NCBI GenBank assembly: GCA_001949185.1
Contig: BDGG01000009.1
Span: 795,624 to 859,623, forward strand
DNA from: Ramazzottius varieornatus
Lineage: Eukaryota; Animalia; Tardigrada
DNA: 64,000 bases
Direction of reading: 5' to 3'
In this document: positions 1-11,969 of the stretch, piece by piece
How positions within the stretch are numbered: position 1 is the stretch's first letter
How the letters are laid out: each line of letters starts with the position of its first letter
Program-made: the position numbers and the translations under genes
Notes under the pieces: generated by a model
Seen by the model: only the letters and a program-made list of their open reading frames with translations
Databases searched by the model: none
Told to the model about the DNA's origin: nothing

Positions 1-1382
1 GAACTGGTTTGGCATGCCCGACCATATTAATGGGTCTCTCATGATGTTTCCTTCTTGATTGCTGAAGACGCACTTGTCATCCAGACCGAAAGCCAGACGT
101 CCATCAGCGAGTAAGGCAATCTTGGGGTCTTGGTTCCGATCAATCGAGAAGAGCTTGTAGAAATCGCCGTTCAACTATACAGATTAAAAAACTGCTTATC
201 CGTGCTAAGCTGAAATATCTTTGGACAAGTCGAAGTTTGGAACAGAAACAGACGTACTCCGCAAGATTGCCCCCACGCAGCGGCGCATGCTTTCCGTGTT
301 ATTGGCTGGGAGCGTGCGCCACGTGGTAAAACGATCTCGTAGAGTTTTTGATCAAGTGGCGCACACTCTAGCAAAAAACATTTGGAAAGTGCGCCAGTTG
401 GAGAAACAATCTTGTCGATTGTTCGTCGAGCTCCCAAATCATTCAGCATACTTTCATTCTTTGATATTCGCCAGCAACGTTGATGTATAGCGCTTCGTTG
501 GCCCAAACAACGCACTTTGGACTTTCAGGCACCGCCAACTTGATATTCTGTGAGAGTACATATAGGAAGTCAATTGCAATGGCGAGAGAGGGAAGTATGA
601 AGAGGACTTGCCGATGCTTCTTCGAACTTTCTTTCCCCGCCTTTCAAGTGAAAAACCTGTAAAATGTTTCTGCATGCAAACCAGATGTCTGTTCAACCTG
701 TGGGAGGAGGTCTTACCAGTAAACGTTGTCGTACGACGACGCACATGGCGACTTTCGTTTCGTTCATCTTCAGAGGATCTCGGATGATGGACAAGGCGAA
801 CAGAGTAGCTCCTCGCGTCTTGGATATGGAGTCCAAAACCGGAAAACTACCCGACTCCGTAGAGCTTAGATCGTGAATACTAATCACAGTGTCAGATAAA
901 CTGACTATGATTTGGAATTCTTTGATGACGGCCAACTAGAGAAACGAAAGAATTCAACTCGTACTGTATATGACATAAGGTTTGTAATCGCACCTGCGAG
1001 ATTGGCTTTCGCGAGAAGTTCTTGCTGGACTTGACCAACGATACTTCCGCCTCTTCCGTTCCATCTGAAAACATAAAGGATACATCATTTCATATGTAGC
1101 ACGCTTTAATACGACAGACGTTTCGGACGCTGACTGCAGTTTCTAGTTGTACCTTTGTTGAATGTGCCGCGAAACTCGACTCTGTACATCAGTAGATGGC
1201 CTTCCTTTGTACCAACGAATATGTTATCATCTAGAACGGAAATATGTCAACGTGACATAGGCACGTCAGTATTAAAAGCATATTTTGGAGATAAGGATTA
1301 GGGACATACCGCTTGTGGCCAGTGTCTCAATCGCCAGTGGCAGTTTAGGCAGCACGTTGACGAGGGAGTAGACGTCCAGCAT
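1..1382 (-). CDS. VPS39: VPS39/Vam6 HOPS subunit, N-terminal CNH domain (multi-exon, runs off window start)
   Basis: Spliced translation MLDVYSLVNVLPKLPLAIETLATS/DDNIFVGTKEGHLLMYRVE/...NFSRKPISQ/LAVIKEFQIIVSLSD...KTRGATLFAL resembles the Vps39 N-terminus (MHDAFEPVPILEKLPLQIDCLAAW..LLVGTKQGHLLLYRI); GT-AG introns. Confidence 0.88.
245..438. repeat. Fold-back element, 2 units, VPS39 intron
   Basis: Two GGCGCA-N25-TGCGCCA units; ends GTCGAGCTCCCA. Confidence 0.85.
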
Positions 1383-2318
1383 CTTGAAGCCAGTCCTGCC
1401 GTCCCCTCCTGGTATATTCAGCAGAATTCTGCAAGGTACATGCGCTGTCCGAGCAACTGAAACAAGGTTCTTCTGTCAGGCGGTCGCCACCGAAATCCTC
1501 CGAATATACCAGCAAAGGCAACCAAAATACGAATACAACATCCGACCGAAACCACAAAGGTCACCACCCTCCCCCAAGGGCCGGTTGGAATGATAAACCC
1601 GGGGTTTGGGTTTTTACGTCACTTCACGACACAGTAGGTAACGAGACACAGAGCTAATGGCGGCCAAAAACCTCTTCTGCTCATTTCTCCTATTTTCTTC
1701 GATCTCCATCCAAATCTCCATCTTCCAGACAATTTTAGATGACTGCTATTTGAACGACTGGATGGAGTGAGATGGGCAGTTCCGTTCGCCGTGCTGGGAC
1801 TTGAATCACGCCGAACTGGAGTGCGTCCCTGTGAAATACATGTCAACGGCTTGATTTGTCGAGCGTACCTGTTGAGCCTGTTCCATCAACTTCCACCTTT
1901 ATCCCGAGTTGAAGATTGCAGCCTTCAAAGCCGTGGCTAAGATCATGTCTGTTCGAGCACAACGTTCGGACTCCACATTCATCATAATATCTAGCCCTTC
2001 AAAGTCCAGGGCGCAGAGATACTCAGAGTATTCCAGTTCGGGTTTAACGAAACCTTCCAGCGCATCCAAACAGCCCATTTTCGATCAAGTAGTTCGAAAA
2101 AGAAGCAGAACGACTATCGCTACAGTTATGAAGATAGTTCCTTGTGAGTAAATACCTTGGAGTTTGTTGTAACCAGGAGTAACACTTTAAGCAGGCTGAT
2201 AACTTAGATAGATAGATGCAGGATCTGACCATGAAGCTATGTTATGTGTATAGTATGTAGGTAATGTCATGTCATGTCGCTGTTCTACCTACTGGTTGCA
2301 GCATGACATAACAATAAT

Positions 2319-3502
2319 ATGGCGGAAAGGCATTTGGATTTTGGAAATTTTAAACGAGGTAAGATTTTCTGAATCTGTTTGTTGTTTTGTAGCTTCGGCT
2401 CTCATCCGACGTGCGAAAGCTGCAAGGCCTGTAGCTGAACTAGAAAACGAGCTCATCGACACTGGTGGAGTTGAAGTGACGGTTTTGGAGATTCACCCCG
2501 AGAAAGAAAACTGTCAGTCATCACGTCTGGAAATGAGCTCGAGAAAGCAGATCGCCAAGCGCCGATCAGGACGGCTCCCACCTCCTACCGTGGATCAGCC
2601 TGTCGAAACGTCTTCTCGGTCTACCACTTCAGTGGAAAGTGTGGCTGGCTACATTCAAAAGAAGAAGATGGAGATCGAGCAGCTGAAAGCTATCCGCGAC
2701 GGCAGACTGAAAGATAAAGCGCGGCTCGTGCGAGACGTCAATATCGGCCAAAGTCAATACCAGGTACCACCTCGATACCATTCACCGAAATTCAAGATGG
2801 AAGAACATGACTGCAAATAACCATTCAGGCACGAATGCAGCAAATCCGAAACTTGGGCAAACAGACTCGACAAGGCGGTTCTTTCAAGTGGCGCACGCTT
2901 ACAGCTAATAACATGGTGACAGTGCGCCATTTGGAAAAACAATCAACTCGACAAGATCGCTTTTTCGGGTGGCGCACAATCTCAGCATAGACCACGAGGG
3001 ACCTGCGCCACTCGGGTAAACAGTTTTGTCGAGTTTATTTTCCGAGCTTCCATAGTTTCCTTGCGAATCATCGTGGAGTTTTCAGATCGTTTGCGGCATC
3101 CACGCGCACCACAAAGATGAATGGGCACAGGAGGACTCGGAAGGTTTACTAGTATGCAGACTGCGGAAGGTTCTGGAACTACAGAAGGAAGTTGGACGAC
3201 TTCGGGAGGACGTCGATCGTGGTTTGGACCGTCTGATCTCCGTCATCACTGAGCATCTGGACACAGAAGAGTGCTCGATCGCGGAGGACCTGCAGGAGAC
3301 GCCCTTGAAGATGGAGAACGAAGGGAGTACCGACCTGAAACAGTTCTTCCGGGATCTGGTCGGTCGGTATATGGCAGGCCAGTCCTTCCTGTATGCGGCC
3401 AAGTACCATCCGTCTTTAACTAACATGCTGGCTTGTATTGGGTTGATCTCATTCGACGAAAACAGTCCGGAGCGAATAGCGCTGGCATTTGAAAGATCTT
3501 AG
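2319..3502 (+). CDS. Coiled-coil protein of about 275 aa, possibly CENP-K-like; exons approx 2319-2358, 2393-2763, 3087-3502
   Basis: In-frame GT-AG splices join ORF 2269-2820 to ORF 3224-3502; helical middle; C-terminus YHPSLTNMLACIGLISFDENSPERIALAF recalls the CENP-K C-terminal motif. Gene existence likely, identity tentative. Confidence 0.55.
2853..3054. repeat. Fold-back element, 2 units, intron of the CENP-K-like gene
   Basis: GGCAAACAGACTCGACAAG..CAAGTGGCGCAC-N25-GTGCGCCA twice..CCGAGCTTCCATA. Confidence 0.88.
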
Positions 3503-4182
3503 CACCTTGTCCCTTCTACTGTTTTCCCTTCCGTTCGTGCTGGTCACGTTGGCGGAAGTGCGCTCTTGGTACTCGCCTAGCTGGTTGATCTGTCTACGAT
3601 ATTCTTTTGGTTGTTGCTCATTGACTTCTTCTGTATGTTTTTTCTTCACTTACTGTACTTTCTAAATATTCATTTCATGCGGGTCAGTGTTACTGTTACA
3701 TTTGTTTTTTGTATGCGTCTTTAGTGGGTGCGAAGGAAGAATGACTGTTGTGACGGCAAAGACACAGTGAGTGTTCTTTTGGGGAAATCTATAATCCGGT
3801 TTAAGAGCTAAGTCTTGAATCATATGACATGGGCATTGTATCTGTGCCAAAACAAGCACAAGATATTCAATATTCATAGGTGAGGACAGACACTTCGATG
3901 CGTCAGTCGTCAGGTCTTCAGTTGTGTGTGGTTCTTCCGCTGTGCTTGGGTTAAAGAAGAATTTTCCGCGTTGCACATGCGCGAGCTCTTACGGGTTTCT
4001 TTGATAGGGCTTTAAGAAAGTGGAGTGGTAGTTCGAAGTTTTATTTTTCGGTGGCCGTTCGTTGTGACTCATCACGATGAATATTAATAATTATTTGGAG
4101 ATTTGTAAAGTTGTCTGTTGTCACTGGTAAGAAAAGATCTTCTTTCAGGTGTACATATACACAGTTTTTTGTTCGACCGGAA

Positions 4183-4569
4183 ATGGGGAGAACAATGTAT
4201 CGCATCCAGCTTTTGTTCTTTGCCTTGGTCTGCGGCCTATATTCTGTGAACTGTCAGTATTATAACAACAACAGATTTGGAGGAGGCGGAAGTCTACTAG
4301 GTAGCGGATATTACGGAACAGGCGGCTACAGCAGCTTGTACAATGGGGTCTTCAACGGCCTTTACGGCATTGGAGGTGGCTTAACCACTGGGCTATACGG
4401 TGGACATGGTCCGTTCGGAAACTACGGTTTCGGGGCACTAGGAGGACTTGGTGGATACGGAGGGTATGATGGACTGGGAGGATATGGGGGATATGGAGGT
4501 TTATACGGGAACAGCGGAAGTCTTTACAATCCATTATCCGTGTACGGAAACGGAGTCTACATTGGCTGA
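4183..4569 (+). CDS. Secreted Gly/Tyr-rich low-complexity protein (cuticle or eggshell-like)
   Basis: Signal peptide MYRIQLLFFALVCGLYSVNC followed by GGY/GLYG repeats. Confidence 0.8.
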   Translation: MGRTMYRIQLLFFALVCGLYSVNCQYYNNNRFGGGGSLLGSGYYGTGGYSSLYNGVFNGLYGIGGGLTTGLYGGHGPFGNYGFGALGGLGGYGGYDGLGGYGGYGGLYGNSGSLYNPLSVYGNGVYIG

Positions 4570-5381
4570 TCTCCGAAGTGTCCTCTGGCATATTCTGCGG
4601 TTCCGAATTTTACAGCACAATCACAAAACTTTGTGAGGCTTCGTTTAATCTTTTCTTAATAATTTACGGAGGCACCGAACCACGCAAACCTTTACCATAC
4701 CAAATGGGACGTTGATGAATAAATTCACCCGGATCGTCATCTTAGGTGGCGCACAACTTCATTGCTATTGACTGACAGCGTGAGCCACTTTGCTGACGTT
4801 CCGAATACCGGAAAGATCGAAGCTAAAACTGGTACCGCATGTTTTTTTCTTTCCGGCACAGAAAATTAAGGCAAAGCGATATTACGCTGCGCGAGTTCAG
4901 CCGGGAACTGAGATTCGCGAGACCTGTCACTAATCTCTCAGTCGGATGAATCCAAGACTTTTTTCGCGTTTTCTAGCAATAGTTTTGGGAAGAGAAATGT
5001 CTTTTCCTCGTTTTAATGCTGGTCCAGGTCGAAAACGTGATGGATTTGCAGAAGAAATGAGAGCGGAAGTCAAGTGGCGCAATCTGGGAACGGCGCGTCG
5101 CTCGGATTACTTGGCGCGCCAGGTCCAATTCGCTGATTGGTCTGATTACGCTCCAATCCACTGAAATTTCATTTCGACCAAAGTGGTCAATAGTTCAATC
5201 AACTCAGCTTGCACAAAATTTGAAATTCTGTGCAGCGATATTAGGCCGAACATAAGTCGTGCATAAAAGCACAGCACAAAACCTATAGATATGCTGTGCA
5301 AGCCGAAAATATGACTTGCGAAACAGGTCTATTGTCAGTGCGACAGAAACAGGATAAAACCTCAACCTAAAAGAAAGTTTT

Positions 5382-6939
5382 TCAGCCTTCAACAAGTCCC
5401 TTTTCTTCCTGCGTAAATTCCGTGTCAAAATCTGGGAGTTTAGTTTTAATAAAATCCACTATTGTCTCTTTGTGCTTCAGCAGCCCGGAGAATTCACCGA
5501 GTTCCTCTTTCGAGATGTAGGGTTGTAGCATACGCAGAAGATGATGATGACATTCCGTCCAAGCCAGGTAGTCTGTATCTCCTTCAAACATGGCGATCCA
5601 TTCTCTCATTACCGAGAATGGCGTCTTGTCAAACCCCGCGAACATTGTGGGGTTCCGTAGAAGACCTCGAGCCGCCATGATGCCGTCCACTCCAGTCTCT
5701 GCCGCGATACGGTGACAGTCTGCTAGGTTGAAAGCGTCGCCATTCGCTACCACTGGTACTCGGACGGAGTCCTTGATGAGTTTGATGGTTTCATAGTCGA
5801 CCGGCTGATCTTTCAGGACTATCGCGTCAGGCTTCCTTCCGTGGACTGCTATCCACGATATACCGGTAGCTTCCACCTTCTGACACAAGTCCACTGTCCT
5901 CCTGAAAGAATACGAATTCAAAACTGATTTGAATCCTCGGCCCAAACATCAGACAAAACTGGTTTCCCAAAGTAGCGCAGATTTACAGTGTCATGGGCCA
6001 CAGCATGTGCCACTTGGGAAACGACCAATTCGAGTTGGTCCAAGTGGCGCAGCTTGAGCCGGTGATACTAGGAAAGGTGCGCCACTTGGGAAAGTCCTCG
6101 CGTGTATATAAGCAGCACTCGGCAAAAATGGACAGCGTAGGTTCTTTACCGCATATCGCCCCCTGCATCGAGGCGGATCTTTATAGACTTCGAATATTTC
6201 GGATCAGGAAGTCTGTTGTGGAGCTGCCTTATCATATCCTGAAGGAGTTCGGGGCTTTTCAGTAGACAACATCCGACTTTCCTCCGGAGAGCCCATCTGG
6301 AAGTATCTCTTGTTAGGACTTATACGAACAGACTAGCACTACAACTGCCCTTTTAATATTGTTAAAAGAAAGAGTACGTACTTCTGAGGACATCCACAGT
6401 TGAGATCAACTCCGTTACTATAACTATAAGACAACCGTATATAGCCGGACGAAGAACTCCACACGAGCTTCAATATAAGATCGATCACTTACGGGTAGAC
6501 TATCTCGGCAGCATCCGCGTACGCGACAGGGTCTCTGGTTCCGAACTGGACGATCATATTGCGGTCTTCCTCGTTCGTTTCCCATTCCGCTATTCGCTGT
6601 ATCCGATTGTCCCGGAAGTCCTCAGCGATGATCATAGGACTGTAGGCGATGTCGCATCCATACCGTCTCACCAGGTTGCGAAAGCGAACTCTAAAACCAG
6701 AGCGACATTGATCAGTCAGACGGATCACAAAATCATGCGTTCATGAGACAGCTTACTGCTATATGCACTCACCTACTATATTCCACCATAGGCGCACATA
6801 TCAGTACCGGTTTCTTTTCCGCGAAGATGTCCAGAAGATCAATATGCTCCGAGACAGGTGCGACAGTGGGTGCACCCTTTATGTTGACACTGAAGTATTG
6901 TCGGTTTTTCACCAAGTTCGCCGTCGAAGTCTTCACCAT
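5382..6939 (-). CDS. DUS4L: tRNA-dihydrouridine synthase 4-like (multi-exon)
   Basis: Motifs ICAPMVEYS, FRNLVRRYGCDIAYSPMI, IVQFG, GVDLNCGCPQ, SIKIR, IAVHGR, PVVANGD, GIMAARGLLRNPTMF. Confidence 0.92.
5935..6135. repeat. Fold-back element, 2 units, DUS4L intron
   Basis: CAAGTGGCGCAG..GTGCGCCACTTGG cores. Confidence 0.82.
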
Positions 6940-7524
6940 GGTGGCCCACCAACTATTTCACAATCGAACTTCCGGATTTTGGAGGTATATATAAGGAGAT
7001 GCCACAGGAAGTCGATGGCGCAGCCAGACGTCGGAGAGGTTCCAACACCCAGAAACCACTAATACCGCGAAGAATTCGTTGTTCAACACTCGCTAGGACA
7101 CGATGTGAAGGATCGGGAGCAACCTTTTGTTTCCTAAAAGCAGAAAAGAATCCCTGCGCACATAAGTAGAGTCGGGAATATATTAATTAAGGCCGTAAAA
7201 AGGAGACTGCGAAAACGAGTCGTACAAGCTCCATGAGAAATATCAATCAACCGCACCAGCAACTGGTGGTGTAGATCGACACTCTTTTGCGTTATGACGA
7301 CACGATATGACCAGCTATCATTTCCGGTGCAGTTTTCCGCTCGGGATTTTCGCCATTCCTTTGTTCATTTTACTTCGTTTTAGGTTTAAACTTGTGGTTA
7401 CACCGAGAGTGTTCTGGAAACGGAAGTGTGAAACTGGATGACTGTTATCTTTGTGTGTTTTTAGGTCGTAAAGAGACCCGGAGGTGCAGTTCGTTCTCCT
7501 CGACAACCGCGCTCCGTCTTCAAC

Positions 7525-10500
7525 ATGGGTATAACAGGACTATGGCAAATCCTAAATTCCACCAGTCGACCCGTCACTCCGGAATCTCTGGAGAACCAGA
7601 TTCTAGCCGTGGACGTTAGCATATGGATGCACCAAGCCGTGAAAGGTGTCCGGGAACGTCGCGGTGCCATTCCCCGTACCGAAGATGCGCATCTACTGGT
7701 CATGTTCCACCGGATCTGTAAGCTGCTCCACTATCGCATCAAGCCCATCTTTGTCTTTGACGGAACTCCACCAGCCGTTAAACAGCGCCAGATGGAACGA
7801 CGTCGACGGATACGTAATACGGCCCAGGAGAAAGTACAGAAGCTGTCGGTGAAGCTGCTGGAGAATCTAGTCCAACAACAGGCCGTCGGAAACGCCATCG
7901 GAGTGAGGACGGGAAGAATCACGGCGAGTCAGAGTAGCCAGCTGAGCCAACCTTCAAGCCAGGTAGCTGTCACGTCGGGGGAATCATCTAGTCGGGATAT
8001 GTTTGCTCTTCCAGCACGCGTGCCAAAGGATGAAAATGATTCGGAAGACGAACGTGATGTAGGATCGAGCGGTGAATCGGATAACGAGATTATTTCGCAG
8101 GTACGAATTCAGTGCATAAAAGGTAAGTCGGCCACCCTCCAGTTTAAATAGTATAACGTGTATATTATCACGCAATTGGGGGTGGCCGACTTAAACATCT
8201 TGGCTTGGTGCTCCGTAGCGGTGATATCAGTGATCTTGAATGTCAAGATGTCCATTTTGTAGCCTTCGACGTCTAGTCAAATGAAAGTCAACTACGACAA
8301 AGTCGACATCAACTCTGCTGACTTCAAGTCCATGCCTCCCGAAATTCGGCATGAGATTCTGACAGAACTGCAGCAAGCTCGACGGAAGCCATCGTGGAAG
8401 CATATCGACCAACTGCCCGAAGACTCGGAACAGTTCTCTTCCTTCCAGATCAAACGGCTCATGAAACGCAGCGCTGTTCAGCAGTCGCTGAGAGACACAG
8501 CTCGTGAGATGAACTCCAGACGGACAGGAGCGATCTGCGCACAAGTCGGGAACAAGCTAAAAGAAACGGATACGTTCAACGTCGACGCAAGAAAAATCGC
8601 CTCCACTGAAAACTCCCACTACCTGTTGCTGACACGCAGGAACAGCAAGACGACATTAGGGTCTTCCGAAGAAAACACAAATGATAGTACAGACACAGCA
8701 GAGGAGGCCATCGTAAGCAGTAAACCAGTCAAGAAGTTGCCGCCGGAAGTGTTCGTCGTTTCTTCCGACGAAGACGAGAACGACCTGCAGATTCTGGATT
8801 CGGTGATACGTGCCTCGCTGGAAACCAAACCAGTTGCGCCTGTCGTGTTCGAACTTGCTCCTCCGGAAGACATTTCTGATGAGGCAGATGTCAGCGTGTC
8901 AGACTCCTCGTTTCACATTCCGCTGAGTTTGGTTAGTCAGCAGTTCGTACCTCAAAGATCGGCGCATGTTAACCGGGCTCTGCAGCTAAGCGGCCATCCT
9001 CCTTCAAAGTCCAAGGAGAAGAAACAAGGTGTCTTAGTTGACGAGGCTGTGACGGCGAAGAAACCTTTGTCCAAGAAGGTCGCAGAGATCACCATACTGG
9101 ATTCTCCAGAAAAAGCAGGTATGTAGTTTAAGTGGCGCACGTTTGCATTGTTATTCACCTGAACCGCACTTTACTTGGAAAACCATCTTGTCGAGTCGAG
9201 GTTGAGTTTCCAAGTGGCGCACAGTGCCAGTGTTACTGGCTGGAGGCATGCGCCACTTAAGATAACGATCTTGTGCGCTTCGTTTGCCCGCCTCTCATCT
9301 TTTTTTCTCTTTCCTGCAGATCGAGCAGCGGAAGAAAGCAAGGCTGAGAAGTCGGTCGACTCGGTTGTCTTGACAGTGGACGAAGAAAAGCCCGAAGCTA
9401 AGGAAGTTAGAGTGGCAACTCCGACCAAGACGTCTTTTCCTCCATCGATCCAGCTGCCTCTCCGTACTCCTGTCTCCATTGCTTTCGATCATGAATCGTC
9501 GTGGGGTGATTTTTCCTCACCGCGTCTGGCTGGTTCTCGCGAAAGCTCCGACTCGGAAGATGACTTCGAAGTCGTTGCAGACGAAGAAGTGTAAGTTTGT
9601 CCATAGTTGACTCATTTGCAAGCATTGACTAACGAAGTTGTCCTCGTAGGTTATCGGTCAGCCCCATCCGTCGCTCGCCTTTGCCTGCTCAGAGTTCTCA
9701 AGCAGAGGTCCCTTCTACGTCGCAAGCCAGCGTTGAGTCTATGCCGGAAGCCATGCAAGCCATTGTGGCCGCTGACCACGCCGACTTCCACAACGAGGCT
9801 CTCGACGAGTCGTTTCTCGAGATCGATCTGGAAGCCGTCGAAGCGGCCACCCTAGACCAAGAGCAAAACACCCAACCCGAACTGTCTGTGCAGGAACTGC
9901 AGAATTTGCAGACGCACCTCGAGACCCAAGCGAGAAGTCTGTATGGCGAGCAGAAGAAAGAAGAACGGATGGCCAACTCGGTTTCCGATCAGCTGCGAAT
10001 CGAGTGTCAGGTAAGAATCATTTCGTTTTCTTACCGGGCATTTTGAATAGTAGTGTTATCCTTTGAATTGTTTCAGGAGCTTTTGAGGCTGTTTGGTATT
10101 CCGTATATCAACAGTCCCTCCGAAGCCGAAGCGCAGTGTGCCTGCATGGATCGAACCAAGCAAACTCACGGTACGATCACGGACGATAGCGATGTCTGGG
10201 CCTTCGGTGCCCGGAAAGTTTACAAAAACTTCTTCAACAGTAAAAAGTACATCGAGTGCTTCGATATCGAAAATATCCAGTCGCAAGTTGGTAAGTTATC
10301 TTGACACTCTCACATAAGATGTGACCTTGGCAAACAAACGGAACAAGATCGTTTCTCCAAGTCGCGCACCCATCCTGAAAACGTGCACCACTTGAAAGAG
10401 CAGTCAAACTCGACAAGATTGTCATCTCAAATGGCCCGCGGTTCCAGCTAATAACACTGATCACGTGCGCCACTTGAAAAGGGATCAAAGTCGACAAGGT

Positions 10501-11430
10501 TGATCTTCCAAGTGGCGTACGTTTCCAGCTTATAATAATGAAATCGTGCGCCACTTCATGGGGTATGATAGAACGCTGTTTTTCTTCTTTGCAGCGATGA
10601 CCAAAGAAAAGATCATTGCGTTTGCACTCTTGACCGGTAGCGACTACACCGAAGGCATCGAAGGGGTTGGTGGCATCAGGGCCTTGGAGATCCTGGCCGA
10701 GTTCGGAGGCGGTGGTGTCGAGACTCTGCAAGAGTTCAAGAAGTGGTGGGACAAGACACAGCGTCGTCGAAGAAAAGGTGACAAACGCCCTGAGAACAAG
10801 CTGCGCGCTCAGCTGGCCGAACTCTCTATCCCCGACATCTTCCCAGACGACGTCGTCGTACAAGCTTACCTCGACCCAGAAGTGGACAACTCCACTGAAA
10901 CGTTCACATGGGACGTCCCGGCCTTAGACCTTCTTCGCGAGTACACCCGGAAGAAGTTCGGGTTCAAACAACAGCAAGCAGACGAGGTCTTGTTACCCAT
11001 TATCAAACGAATGAACGCAAAGCAGGAGACACAGACAAGGCTTGAAAGTTATTTCACAGTGCAGTTGAAGAGACCAAAGGTAGTGATGCGGAGTAAACGA
11101 CTGGGTAATGCCATCGATAAGATCAAAGGTGTGGAGGAAGTCAAGCAGGACGATGAAGGAGGGTTAGATGGAGCTTCTCAGGGGCCGAAGGAGAAGAAGA
11201 AAGGCAAAGCTCCTGCTAAGAAAGCTTCGAAGAATACGATCGAGGAAGAAGGAACGACTAAAGCCAAACGCGCCAAGCCGAAAGCGCCGGCAAAGAGAAC
11301 ACGAACAGACACGGTATCGTCGATGGACTCACAACCCAGTAGTGCAGTCAGACCACGAAAGCGGGCACCGAACAAGGCAAAGACGAAAGAAGACTCTAGC
11401 GAGACAAACGGGTCTTCGCAGTATTTCTGA
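7525..11430 (+). CDS. ERCC5: XPG structure-specific endonuclease (multi-exon)
   Basis: N-domain [36 protein letters not shown]; spacer region with FSSFQIKRL; I-domain [29 protein letters not shown]; [15 protein letters not shown]; PIP-like QTRLESYF; basic tail. Confidence 0.96.
9128..9298. repeat. Fold-back element, 2 units, ERCC5 intron
   Basis: CCAAGTGGCGCAC-N25-ATGCGCCACTTAAG. Confidence 0.88.
10324..10560. repeat. Fold-back element, 3 units, ERCC5 intron
   Basis: Three cores starting approx 10358, 10428 and 10508. Confidence 0.88.
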
Positions 11431-11969
11431 ACGATTTTCTTCATGACTTTTCCTGACTCTTTTTGTAGCCTTGAAAAGATTGCTTTTCTTCACCGGTGTT
11501 CGTCGGATATTTTTTCTAACATATTTACAGTGTATGATGAAACTGCTAGATGATTGATGACCGTCTTCCGTGCTTTGTAAACTTCTGCAAGTCTACGCCA
11601 GCTTATTTTCATTATTTGACCAGTCTGAGCAAACTGTTTGATCTTGTCCGGACGTCGAAATCTTGTCCCGACGGTTCAGTTTTCTCCTCTTTATTTTGTG
11701 ACAATTCTGATCGGCCTGTAGAAATTAGCCCAAAAAATTATTCTTGTTTTTTTCTAGCTCCACAAAATAGATCTAAAAAATAAAAGGAACCAAAGAGATC
11801 AAGACGTTCCGTATATAAATTCATCATCAAAAGATGTCACATCCGAATAAAGACATAAAGAATTCAAAGCTACCAACCATAATACCAACACAAACTTTGG
11901 TGCAGGTGAAGAAAAAAACAAGAGTGCTTTGATACTTAGCTGCTATACTTTACAGATCAGTCTTCTCTA

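Noticed and set aside
1619-2232. Separate small gene between VPS39 and the CENP-K-like gene
   Set aside because: Minus-strand splice signals exist, but frames are short and interrupted (59-aa MGCLDALEG..). It may be a spliced VPS39 5' leader with a uORF; no support for a protein.
9119-9319. Introner elements that create introns
   Set aside because: The GT and AG boundaries lie outside the repeat at variable distances, and copies also occur between genes; intron gain cannot be shown without orthologues.
10324-10560. CRISPR array (repeat-spacer-repeat appearance)
   Set aside because: Repeats alternate in inverted orientation, spacers are homologous to each other, arrays have only 1-3 units, the context is eukaryotic introns, and no cas genes are present.
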